Origin: Candidatus Omnitrophota bacterium
GTDB taxonomy: Bacteria; Omnitrophota; Gorgyraeia; JAFGHF01
DNA: 64,000 nt
Assembly (NCBI GenBank): GCA_042571705.1
Contig: JBHPFV010000001.1
Location: 46,630 to 110,629, forward strand
Direction of reading: 5' to 3'
A program made the position numbers and the translations under genes. Shown here piece after piece: positions 12,101-24,100 of this stretch (position 1 is the stretch's first letter; each line of letters starts with the position of its first letter). The notes beneath the pieces were generated by a model. That model was not told the DNA's origin. It worked only from the letters and a program-made list of their open reading frames with translations, and searched no databases.

Positions 12101-15100
12101 GCTGAATGGATTGGTAAGCGCAGTTGATCAAGAGGAAACAGCAGTTCCGGATATAGCGCAACACCTCCAAGAGTTTACCGCTCAGCTAGATCTTGATTTT
12201 ACTTTCGACAAAAGCGCCGGAAGGCTAATTTTGGCCAAAGCTGAAAAAAGCGAACAAGCAGTGCTGGGTATATCGATTCTACAGATTATGATTCCTGTTG
12301 GCCCAATAGCATTAGCTCTATTTATCGCCTTAATCTTAACCTGGCTGTATTTTAAGACCGTTTCTCAAACCAATCGGAGAAGCCTGCCCGCCAGGTATAC
12401 TCTTGGGCAGGCGGGTGTCCTAAAACCAATCCCCGCCTGCCTGACAAGAAGCAGGGCGGGCAGGGGAAAAGTGTACCCTGGGCAAAATCGTAAGCATCCG
12501 ATGCAGTCTCTGCTTGGTGGCGGCATAGTCCGGGCCAGTGTATCATCCGGTTCAAAAAATACGGAAACAGAAACCGCTCGGTCTAAAAGTCGTCGGAAGC
12601 GCATTGAGGCAATACGAGAAATGGTGAAAGACAAGCCAGATCATTCTGTTGAGTACGATGAGATAGTGCGATACTTACATAACCTATTTGATGATACTAG
12701 CGTAAAAAAACTCACAGTCGTACAAGATTTTAGAATTGAGCCAACCTTAAAACCTCTGAAAATAAAAATTAAAATAAAACATGAGACTTTTCCAGACACG
12801 CCGGCGCATAGAGATGCAATAGTTAAACTGATGGAAGATTTGCCAAGAGGCACCAAGTTGACTTACGAAGAAATAGCAGAAAAGATGAAAAAACAAGGTT
12901 TTGATAGTTCCTTCAGGAGAGTCATGCGCGAATTTGGCAGCAATGATGCACGTCTTAAAAAATTGCGTCAAAGAATTAAAAGCGAAAGAATTGAGAGAGC
13001 AATAGAAGCCAAAAGACGCAGAGGCGAAACAGAGGCCTATTTGAAACCGTTGCCGCCAAGGTCGATTACCTATGAGCAGTTAATAAAGATACTTATCGAC
13101 AAAAAAAATTGTGTAGGACTGAGACTCAAGCAGGTGCAATCAGACTTTGATCATGAGCCGCGCCTGCAGAAGCTACGCAATAGAATCAGGCTGGTTCATG
13201 TCGGAAGGAGCCTTAAGCCGCTAGGACGATTTAAATTTGATTTCATTGGCCTGAAAGCAAGAGGAATACTGCCTAGATTTTTAGTGTTATCAATGAACAA
13301 TTGGGACAATGAGAAGGCAGCTAAGCATTTTGGTGTTGGTTTTGAGACATTTATAGGGCAATGCGTAACGCTCAAAATTAACGAGATGCGCAATCCTGAA
13401 CAGGGGCGCAACAAGATTAACCTTGAGCAGTGGCAGATAGAGCAGCTCAAAGATAGGCAGGCTACGGCACTTGCCTATCATCAGGCCTGGGAGCTGGCCA
13501 ATGGCGATAAGAAACAAATGGCCAAATTACTGGGTATCAGTCGTAGTTGGGTGAGCAACCGGATGGGAAGGCTCGGCAAAAATTTCGAAAAAAGCCTTGG
13601 CCCGAATATTGAGCTGCGTATAGCAAAGGAAATCGGGATTCTTAATGTCTGCAAAAACCAAATTACACCTTCTGAATTGGCGGCTAAGTTACATGAGAAG
13701 CCTGTTTACAATAACATTCCTTTGGCCCAACTGGAAAAATTGGTCTGGCAGGATGCCTTGGGCTTCAAAGATATTTGCGCCCACCGCAACTTCATCTTTG
13801 CTGAATGGGTGCCGGTTGAGATTAAAAAACCGAAACTAGGTGGCGCTAAAGGCCAAGTAAGCCCTCTAAGGAAACCCCTAGACCCAAAAGAGGAAAAGTT
13901 AGCGAAAAGGGTAAATAATGCCAGAGCGCTTTTATCCAGCTTAGAGCGTTTTTATCAACACTATTTAATTCCGAAACAAATTGGCATCCAGAATGATAAG
14001 CAAAACATCACCTGTTTGTTGATGATCGAGACCATGTTAGGTTGCTTAAAAGACATTATCCAGGATCATATTATTAAAGAACCAACAATCAAGCAACTGG
14101 GTCAGGATCTAAATGTAGACACTGTGGGCCTGGAAAAAAGAGCAAAAATAGCAAGTAAGGAAATTAGAAAGGGGCCTACAGGTAGCATGAAGACATTAAG
14201 CAGGCGTAAACAAGAAATATGGGATGAGATTAAATCTGCTGATGAACTCGATGAAGGCCATCTTAAGTGTGAAGACGCAAAACCAATAGTGCCGCCCATA
14301 TTTTGGATTCCTTATGTGGAGAGATTGCGAAAAATACACAAAATATGGAAATCGCTTCATGCTCAAGAGGAAGGAGAAAAAGAAGCTCACTGGGAAAAAG
14401 CGCTTGCACCCGGTCGCGCTGCCGCGTCCGGCTTTATAAAGCCCGACTTTTTGCCTGAGGAAGACGTGCCATACAAAAGATCAAATTATAAGAAAGACTT
14501 AGAGCGAGCGCAGAAAGCTGTTGCGGAAGGATTAAAGTCAGCGCAGAAAGCTGCGGCTGAGCCCCGGAAGGCTGAAGATACTGTTGAGGGATTAATGCAA
14601 AAAGCTCAGCAGGAGTTAGGAAAACTCAAGTCTTTAGCGGCAAAAGGCGTCGGTGGTATGGAATGGTTTGAGAGCGTTAGTAGAATAGAAAACATGCTCG
14701 ATCGACTTGATGCGGTAGCTCATCAGCTTAGTAAAGAAAGTGATATTGTTTTTCTTTGTTACTGGAAATCAAATCAGCGGGTAAGACTGGAAGAACTGGC
14801 TGAGAGGCAAGAGAAACCAAAGCGACACTCAGAGGATGATGAACAGTTTACTGCTCAATTAGCGGCCTATGAAGGAATGACATATCCAGTGATGTTAGAA
14901 ACCAGCTTAGCGGAAGGAAAAATTAATTTTGCGGTTACCCTGGTCGCAAAAATCGAAGTTCGCGGATGGGCGGATACTATTCCCGGCTGGGGTGAGCTTA
15001 AGGCTCGTGTAGTACGGGAGGCAAAGAACTATCAGGCCTCTGCTAAAAAATCCGCCCCAGACACAAAGTGCCTCTTATTGCCGCTGGCCTGGATTGCCGC

Positions 15101-18100
15101 ACCCGGCCTGCAGCCTGCCACCTGGCAGCTAATTCTTTTCACCTTGTGTCTATTCCTCATCCTTTGGACCGTTTCTCAACTTGACCCTGCGCTTAAAGGA
15201 ATTGCGCAGGCTAGGCCCAAAAGCCTGTCCTTTAGGAGCTACCCTTGTGGGTTAAATCGGGAAGTTGAGCTGATTTCAAAGCGGAACCTCTCTCCTGACA
15301 CGGGAGAAGCAAAAAATTGGCTGCACCAAATGACCAGGGCTAATTCAGGTAGTTTGCCAGGAACAACAACTCCAGATGTCCAGGGAGAAGTCCTTAAAGT
15401 TGATAAATCGAGGTTTGACTTGGGAGAGGCTATTGATCAGGTTGTTCAGTCAAAGACCACAAAAGGACGCAAGCAAAGGGTTGTGGAAGTGCGCGGCGAT
15501 ACAGTCCAATTGCAATATCAGCAAGCAATAATTTCCGATATCTTAACTACACTATTAGGAATTATGTTCACGGTTATAAGAGTTAGCGATAAGCTAGCCA
15601 TTTATGTCAGGAGCGGAGAGGAGAAAGTCCTGATTAGATTATTCAGCACTTCCCGCAAGGTGAGTAGACGAAGATTAGAAAGTGAAATTGAGCAATCTGG
15701 CATTCAAGACAAATTGGATGATATCTATGGCCGGCTTTATCCGGAGATATTTAGAAAAGCAGGCCATGATTCCGCAACAGAGATTGTGCTAACGCTTACT
15801 TTGCCGATGAGCGATCCCAAAGCTTTAGTCAGGGCTGGCGCCCGCCACGGCATGATTATTGCTGATCAGGACATACCAGATCCAAGAATTAAGAAGTTTA
15901 TGGACATTATCCGTCAGCACGGTGCAGAAAACCACTACATAGTCTTTGGCGGGCATGGCCGCAATATGTTTTCCGGCCGCAAGGGTGTTCCAGCTGATTT
16001 CGATGTATTAGTTAGAATTAATGCAAGCGAAGTTGATTTATTAAGCGCAGGTTGTGAAGTTAGTACTTTATTGAAACAAGGATATGTGACAGCAGAAGAT
16101 TTACAGTTACTAGGCGCCAACGAAGCAACAGTGCTAAAAGCAAGATTAGAACAATTAGAGAATGAATTAGTTGGTGTGTCTAAGAAAGGCAGTACTTATG
16201 CTCGTCTGCGTGCAGCTTTTGAAAGACATTACGGAGATCGAAAGAGTTTTAGAGGCGAAGAGATGCAGACTCGCAGGATAGTCAGATATCTAGCACATTT
16301 AGAGATAGTCAGGCGTTATGTCTTGCCTATGACCGAAAGGCTTGAGAAAATTTTCGATGTGGAAAACGGGGCTATTTCAGATTATATTAGTCGGGATAAC
16401 CGACTTGTTTGTTTATACGCCCGGACCAAGCATTGCCATATTGATGGCGGCTGCCTGGATTATGCGGGATTTGTTACTTCAGATGGACTATTTCATCAAG
16501 CCCGTGGGCGATTTCAAATAATTGATGGCAATCAACCCCGCGCAGATCAACTAGGTATATGTTGCAATGGGGTGGTTTACGATCCCCTCGGAGCCTTAGA
16601 AGACTATCGGCAAAGAACTATAAAGCTAGAATCCAAATTAAGCGAAAAGGACAAAATTAGAATAAGGCAAGTATTGCGTTGTTTTAGAATTAAACATTTA
16701 AATTTATTTAATCCAGATGATGAAGCGAAAACTGCAATGTATGATTTTTGTTCTAACGCTTCAGGCGTTTTCTTCAATTCAGCTTCTTGGCGAGCATTTA
16801 CTCAAAGGCATGCTTTATTAGATGAGGGAGTGAGGCAATTAGAGGGGCTGATATTAAAAAAGAGAATGATTGTCCGTGAGTTACACTTCGAAGAGGAACA
16901 ACATATTCAACGAGAAATAAACCAACAGATTAGGGCACTGCTTCAATATATAAAAGAAAAATCATCTGCCTGGCGTCTGGCCAATCAATTCTTAAGAGAA
17001 GATTTTGCCGCACTTGTTTTACGGCAGAATAACGCACCCAAAAATAGCTACTTAAAGGAAGAAGCCGAAAGAAAACTTATGCTTGGTTTAGAAAAATACC
17101 TTTATATTCCTTCTAATGCCGGGGCCCTCTTCTCTTATGCAGGGGTGTATCGATGGGTTCAGGATGTAAAGAGAGACCCGGTATTTGTAGCTTGGTATTT
17201 AGGTAAGATTTACCGGGCAGCGCTTCGGCCGGAGGATGTAAAAGAAGATTTAAGGCAAGCAGAATTTTTGCCTTTATTTGAAGCCCTTGGTATCAGTATT
17301 GACAATATGGAAGAAGAGGCGATTGATTATAGACTGGCCAGCCTGCAGGAGCCTATTACTTTGGAAGAGGAAATTAGACTTGCCGAATATATGCTGGCAC
17401 AAGGCCGCTGTCCTGAAAAGTGGCTTTACGTGCTCAGATATGCTTATCGACAAAGAGCAGTCCTGGATAGAGAAGAAGGCCGGCCTATAGCCGCTAGCCA
17501 GAATTTCAACAGGGCCATTGATTGTAGGATTACTTTAGCCGGATTACAGACGAAAGATAGACCACAGGATGCCGCGGAGCATTACTTAAGCGCCGGCAGT
17601 ATTTGCGAAGAGATTGCCGATTACAACAAGGCCAAAGTGCTTTATCTTGCCGCCTTAAGGATTCTGCAATGGGAGAGCGCTAAATCAGAAGACTTACCCG
17701 ATCTTCAATCTTATGCTACATGGAATCTCTTAAAAGAGACATTTGAGAAGTTATCGGCATTAGAATGTAAATACGGTAAGATGCATTTAGGTACCGAACA
17801 TCAAAAGAATGCTAATTTGGCCGCAATCGAGGCAGACAATGCTGTTCTTGCCCCAATCAGAGCAGAGCTTAAGGCTGCCGGCAGCTCTTTAAGCCCGCAA
17901 CAGCACTTAGTTAATATTATCATGAAAGATGCGGTCCTGAAAGAAGGCTTGGCAGCAGTTGGGCTCCTAAGACAACTCTCAGGTAAGGCTGCTCAATTTG
18001 GCCTGAGAGTGGCCAAGAGAACACTAATGCGCAGAACTACCAATCTGGACGCACCGCAAATAATCGGCGTAGACTCAAGGAAAGGTCGGCACGCGGATAA

Positions 18101-21100
18101 CTCGTGCCTCTTATTGCCGCTGGCCTGGATTGCCGCACCCGGCCTGCAGCCTGCCACCTGGCAGCTAATTCTTTTCACCTTGTGTCTATTCCTCCTCCTT
18201 AGGACCAGGTCCGGAAGCAATAAGGAAGTCCTGCCCGCCATGTTAAATCGGTGGCAGGCGGGTGAGCCAGAACCAATCGGGAAGGTGTCCCCTAAGCAAA
18301 ATCGCAAGCATCCGATGCGGTCGCTGTTTGGTGACCGAATAGTTCGGGCCAGGTTATCCGGAGCGGAAGACCAGGGCAATCGGGCAGAAGAATTGAGTCC
18401 CAGCCAGGTGCATTTTATTGCAGAAAGCGGTTTAGTAGGCAGAAGCCAAATTGATAATTTAATAGCGCGTGTTTCTATTTCTCAACCGGAAGGTGATCTT
18501 AACAGTTGGCCGGAATCAGTGTTCTCACATTTTACGCAGGAAGGATTGTTTGCCAGGCGTGCCCAAGCAGTGCTTGAGGCAGTTGAGTATTTGCCTGAAT
18601 CTGATTTGACTAAAGATATTTTCTTGGCACTAAGCGGGATGGGAGAAGCGGGTAGAATGAAATTGGAGATTACAGCAAGTAGGTTAGGAAAAAGCACTAA
18701 TTACTGCAAGCGACGTTACCAATGGAGTAAGCAGGTAGTTCTTATGATAGTAAGGAAACGGGATAGGGAAAAATTAAAAGAATTGTTTGAACAGCAGAGG
18801 GACTATCTTACTACTCCCAAGTATCGGAAACAGTGTGAAGAAGCAATTGAGGAATTGGACCGGGCATATTTTCAGTTGTTTAGAAAAAACTTAAGCCAGG
18901 CCAGTGAAAGATATGTCGGCATTGCTTCTTTATCTCAAGTCAAGTTTATGATTGATGAAGGTTACTTTACAGATGCTGAGCTTAAACAAATCCAGTCTGA
19001 CCGTGATTTTGTACATCTTTCTTTTGACGTTATACGGAAGTGGCAACTTGAGGCCATGGGCAGGCATTTGAAGGTTATTGAAAAAAGGACGAAAATTATT
19101 GCCGCAATTGCTTTTCTTCCCTCTCAAGATAAAACAAGAGACATTTTTAAATACTGTAATGGTTTTACTGATGAAGGCGTTGCCGTGAAACGTGAACAGG
19201 TAGCTCAATTATTGGGGAAATCCACAGAGTACCTTGATAGCAGGAACCAATTGGCTAAGCAAGTAGTTAAGGATATTGTTTTTGAGCGTAAAAAAGAGGC
19301 GGCGGGAAGGTTAATCAGTTTAAGAGATGGTGTTTATATGGCCCGGCAGAACCGCAATAAAAGAGAATATCAGGAAGCAGCCCTGGAAGTAACTGAAGCG
19401 ATAAAGGAACTGCATAGCGGGCTTGCGGGTGAGCTGCCTAGCTTGACAAGGGATTCCTCAACTGTACTTTCTGAACAAAAAGTAAGGTTTTTGCTGGTTA
19501 ATCGTTTAATTACAAGAAATCGGCTTAACCAGATTATGGAGGATACCGGTTTTATAGAGTATCCGGTAAGAGATGTTGTCACAGTATGTTTTCTGGACGG
19601 CTACTTATCAGAAGAAGCGCAACAGAAACTCGTAATAAAAGATAGCGGTGAGCGTGTGTTTAGTTCTGCCAGAGGAGTTACGCGCGCGATTAAACGATGG
19701 GTTAACGGCCTAGCTTGGCATAAGCTTGTTATTCAACAGGCAGAAGAAGTAGAAAGTTATGCCCGGAGATTTATGCCGCAGGCTGAAGGCGTGAGAAACT
19801 ATTTTCTTGAATTTAACGCTGCAAAATTACCTACGCCGCTATATGCGCAAGCGATAGAAGTTATGCGCGATTTTATTATTAAAGGTGAAGCAACGGGAGT
19901 AAGGAGCCTTATTGATTTTCGTCATTGGCTGGTCTATCAAGATCCACTGCGGAGGCCAAAATGGCGGGGATTAGTAAAAGAATTGGATGGTATTATTGCC
20001 GGGTTTGATAAGTTAATTTATAGCGAAAAGTCGCAACTGTCTGTTAACCCTGGTGAGTTCGTCTCTTACCACTGCGCAAGGTTTCTTCTGGAGAACGGTT
20101 TTGTTTTAAAAAGGGATTGGGATTCTTTAATGCAGGACCCGGTATTTTCTCGGAAGGCCGAGTTTGACGTAATACACAGGCTCTACTTTAGAGGCCAGGA
20201 CGCAACACAAATAATGGCCTGGGCTAAAGGTAGAGAAATCTTCGCGGGTATTACTTCTCAGCAGGATTGGGATGACTTAATTGCAACTTGTATCGGAAGG
20301 ATTGGCCAGCACCCGGTGATCAGAGGAGTAAGAGAGAGAGTCTTGAAGGTATGTGAATATTTACCGTTAAGCGATGACAGCCGGCCAATATTTATCGCTC
20401 TTAATGGGTTAAGTGGCGAGGGTATTCCCGTGGTTAGAAAAGTTTATGCCCGGGAAATCAAGCGGCATACAGCGTATTTATTGAAACGCAATGAAATATG
20501 TACAGCTGTAGTAAAAAGTGTTTTTTATGGAGATAAAAATAGTGCCAGGTGTAAGTTATTAAAAATTCATTCCTGGCTAGACCAGGACTTTTCCCGCAGT
20601 AGGGCACAGTCTCAAGCAAGCCAGCTTGAAATTAAACGCATCCTTTCGACTTTAGTGACGGCCTCTTTGCCTACTGTAAGACCGGAATTTATCCCTCAAG
20701 GCCTGCCAGCGGGAGCTAGGAGGGTGTTTTCTGTAGAGAGTGAGGTAAAAGACAAACCGGTTGTCGAAGTCTCTTTGCCCTTGGCCCCATCCGGCCGGAA
20801 AAAGCCGTTAGAGCAGGATAGCCCGAAAGTGCCAGAAGAAAAGTTAGCGTTACTCCATACGGAAATTTCCAGTATGTTACAGCAGCTGGATGCTATAGTT
20901 TATTCAGTTAGTGATGAGGAAGTTAAAACTTTATCAAACTGGCGCGCAGTTGATGAAAGAATAGCGTCTTTACCCGAGCCGGATAAATTTGAATATACCG
21001 ACCAAAGAGATAAACTTTTAGAGACGCGGCTTCATCTTTTTGAAAATTTAGCTTATACCTTAGCTTCAGCAAGGCCAGACGATATGAGAGATAAAAGGTT

Positions 21101-24100
21101 AAGCAAGATGCCAATGAAGGGAGGCCCTTATCGGCATACGCCCGTTAATCAGAGGCCTAATATCGCAACAATTCTCAGTAAGTCCGGTGGTCCGGTCAAG
21201 GGAGAGATAAAAAGAATGTTAAGGCAGCGAGAGCAACAGTTAGCGCCGTCCGCTCCAGACGACCAATCCGCTTTCGGGCTGCTGCCGGTTATGTTTGGTC
21301 CGTGGTCTTTGATGCTGGGCTGGGGCCTGGTGAAAATCCAGCCGTGGATGTGGGTAGTGTTGCTAGTAGTGGCAATGGCAAGTGTTCTCTGGAAGAGCTT
21401 AGTCAGGCATAGACAGCTGGCGGCAATTAGACTTAGCGGCAGACAGGTTAAGGTTACAGATGGGTTGGAGGCTGAAGATAGGCCGGACAAAGAACTTGTG
21501 CGCCGACTCAGCAGACCAAAACAGAACAGATCGCAGCTGCCCCCTGCAGAGGGCAGGCACGAGACACCGAAGGAATCATCCGGCCTGCGTTTAAACAGCA
21601 GCAATATCAAGAAGATTCGTGTGGCCGGTTTCACTGGTCCAGGCGGCCGGAGATTGGATTTTGTGTCTCTTGGATGGAGGCATAGTTTAGCTTTTAACCT
21701 TACATTATGGCATACTGGTTGGCATTTTCCCTGGCAACATGAACAAGCCCATAAAATTTTAAATGTAACAAAGAGTTATATACAGACAAAAATACAAAGT
21801 TATTTTGATCCTTCGCTCACCACTCAACAAAAAACCACACTGCAGACCATCGCATTCACCGATCAGCAGAAAAAAGCCCTGGCGCAAGATGTAGTCCAGG
21901 AGCTAGCTTGCGCGCAAGCTTATGCCCTAACCGATAGTCACAAACAGGCTATGTGTAAACTGTTAGGTGTTAGCACTACGCTGATAGATAATTGGATTAA
22001 AAGGAATGAGAGAAACTTAAAAAGGATATTAAAAAGTAATGTTTGGCAGCGTCTGTACAAAGAAATAGCTATTTTAGATGCGGCAGATGGTGGGATGACC
22101 ATTTTTGAATTGTACAATAGACTGCGAGCAGAACCAGAGTTCAAATATGTGAAGCAGGACTTAGTATTGCTCGATGTTTTAGGATGTAAGAATCTTCTTG
22201 GTCATGAAAATCTCATTATAGCCAGATGGCATGAAGAGAAAAACATTATAGAGATAAATCAACAAGCCCTAAAAGCGCTACAAGCCGAGTATATTTTTAA
22301 CAATCCGAAATCTATGTTGAAAATAGAAATATATAGAGCAGGCATCTGCAATCTACTTAAACAACTGGAAGGGGTAGAGGATTTTGTGCAAAGATATTTC
22401 AACTCGGATGCAACTCACGATCAGACTAGTGCACAACGCCGAGATTGTTTACTCATTAGCTGGACCTGTGTACAACTTATAAGGACAATTTTTGACAATA
22501 TCTTAACTCGGCTAGTGAAACTTAACGGCCAAGAATATACGCCCTTAGGTAAATTAATCGGCGTTCAAGCAGCAAACAAAGCGGACCAAATATATGATCA
22601 TTTATCAGCTTTGGCGGAAATATTGCCCAGGCCAGCTAGAACGGCGAAACCTGGCTTCTCTTCAGTTGGTATGGATAGAGCTATAACATGCCCCTCACTT
22701 TGGGAGGCATGGCAAAAAATTAACGCCAGGTTAGATGAGCAAAAAACAGCAAAACCGGTCTCTGTAGTTAGGCAGACAAGGTTTCCAGGAGCAGATGCAA
22801 AACCCGCCCCTGCCGCCAAAATACCGCAACCTCCTGCAGAAAGACTAAAGGAGGCCATAATAAGAAGGCTGAATGGTTTTAAAGAGACGCAATTTACAAC
22901 AGTTGAGTCTTTAGAAAAGGCCTATTGTAAGTTCGAGAGTACTTTGGAAACCCTGTCAGGTAGAAAACGAAAGTTACGCTTAACTCGCTTTATTACAGGG
23001 CAAAAGGAAGAACTATTGAAGGAATATAGCAACAAGCTGGAAGCGTTAAGAAAGGAAGAGAGAACCGCAGGCGAGACGTTAAGTCAACCAGGTGGTGGCA
23101 TAGGGGCCGAGGAGACAGGAGCCTGTGGCTTGGGGATTTATCAGGGTGGCAAAGTGGCGCCGGATGTACGGAAGGCAGCCGATGAGAAGATAAAAGAATA
23201 TGCCCGGGAAGAGAGGCTGAATGATTACAGAGATGCTCCGGTGGCAGGATATTTGGGTGAGGGCGGAAAAGATATTTGCCAAGTGATAGAAAAGGCTTGG
23301 CCGGTTCAATTGAATGTTCAAGTGGTCATGCCTAAGGGGACGATTTCTGCAGAAAGCTTGTTAGCTAATTCATTTATCTGGCAGGACGCTGAAACACAAA
23401 ATAGATTTGTGCTTAGCTATCTCAAAGGAGGAATTCTCTACCTGCCTTTAGGTCTGTTCATTCTGCTGGGTAAATATCAGCGCATTGATTTGTTAAGGGC
23501 AATATTGAAATTTGAGAAGGGCAATATCGGTAAAACCGATCAGGATAAGGAGGACAAGAAGGAAGCAGAGCGCCTGGCAAAAGAGGTCTGGAAGTTATAT
23601 GAATTAGAGGCGCACAAGATCAATGGCCAGGTTATCCATTCCGGTGAGCTTAAGATTACGGTTCCGGCTGACTTTTCACAATTGCCGATTGATGTTGAGG
23701 TCAGCCAGCCTGAAAATACAAAGCTGGTTTTAAGCCCGTCATGGAGTTTGGGTATATTGCATGCCATGAATGCCGGGGTGCTGGCTTTGGACAGCAGGCG
23801 GCTTTTATTCGTGCGGGTGGTTAAGCCGAATTCCGGTGATTGCGACTTTGATTTGCGGCGATCTGAAATCTGGCTGTTTGAGCATATTCCCGCTGCTAAT
23901 AATGATCAGAAGGATGAAGTTAAGCTGATTAAAGCGGGGATGCTGATGCCGGATGATGAACAACTTGTTCCTGAAGGAGCGAGCCTTGAGGCCCTGGAGG
24001 ATGCCAGGGTCATTACCAGAGAGACTGACTTCCAGCGCCACAAGGTTTTTGTATACTTGACCGCGGTGTCTAAAGACGGTAACTGGCATTCAGCGTTGAC

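Noticed and set aside
12383-12464. The palindromic element as a Rho-independent terminator
   Set aside because: No U-tract follows the stems on either strand, and the element lies within the continuous open frame.
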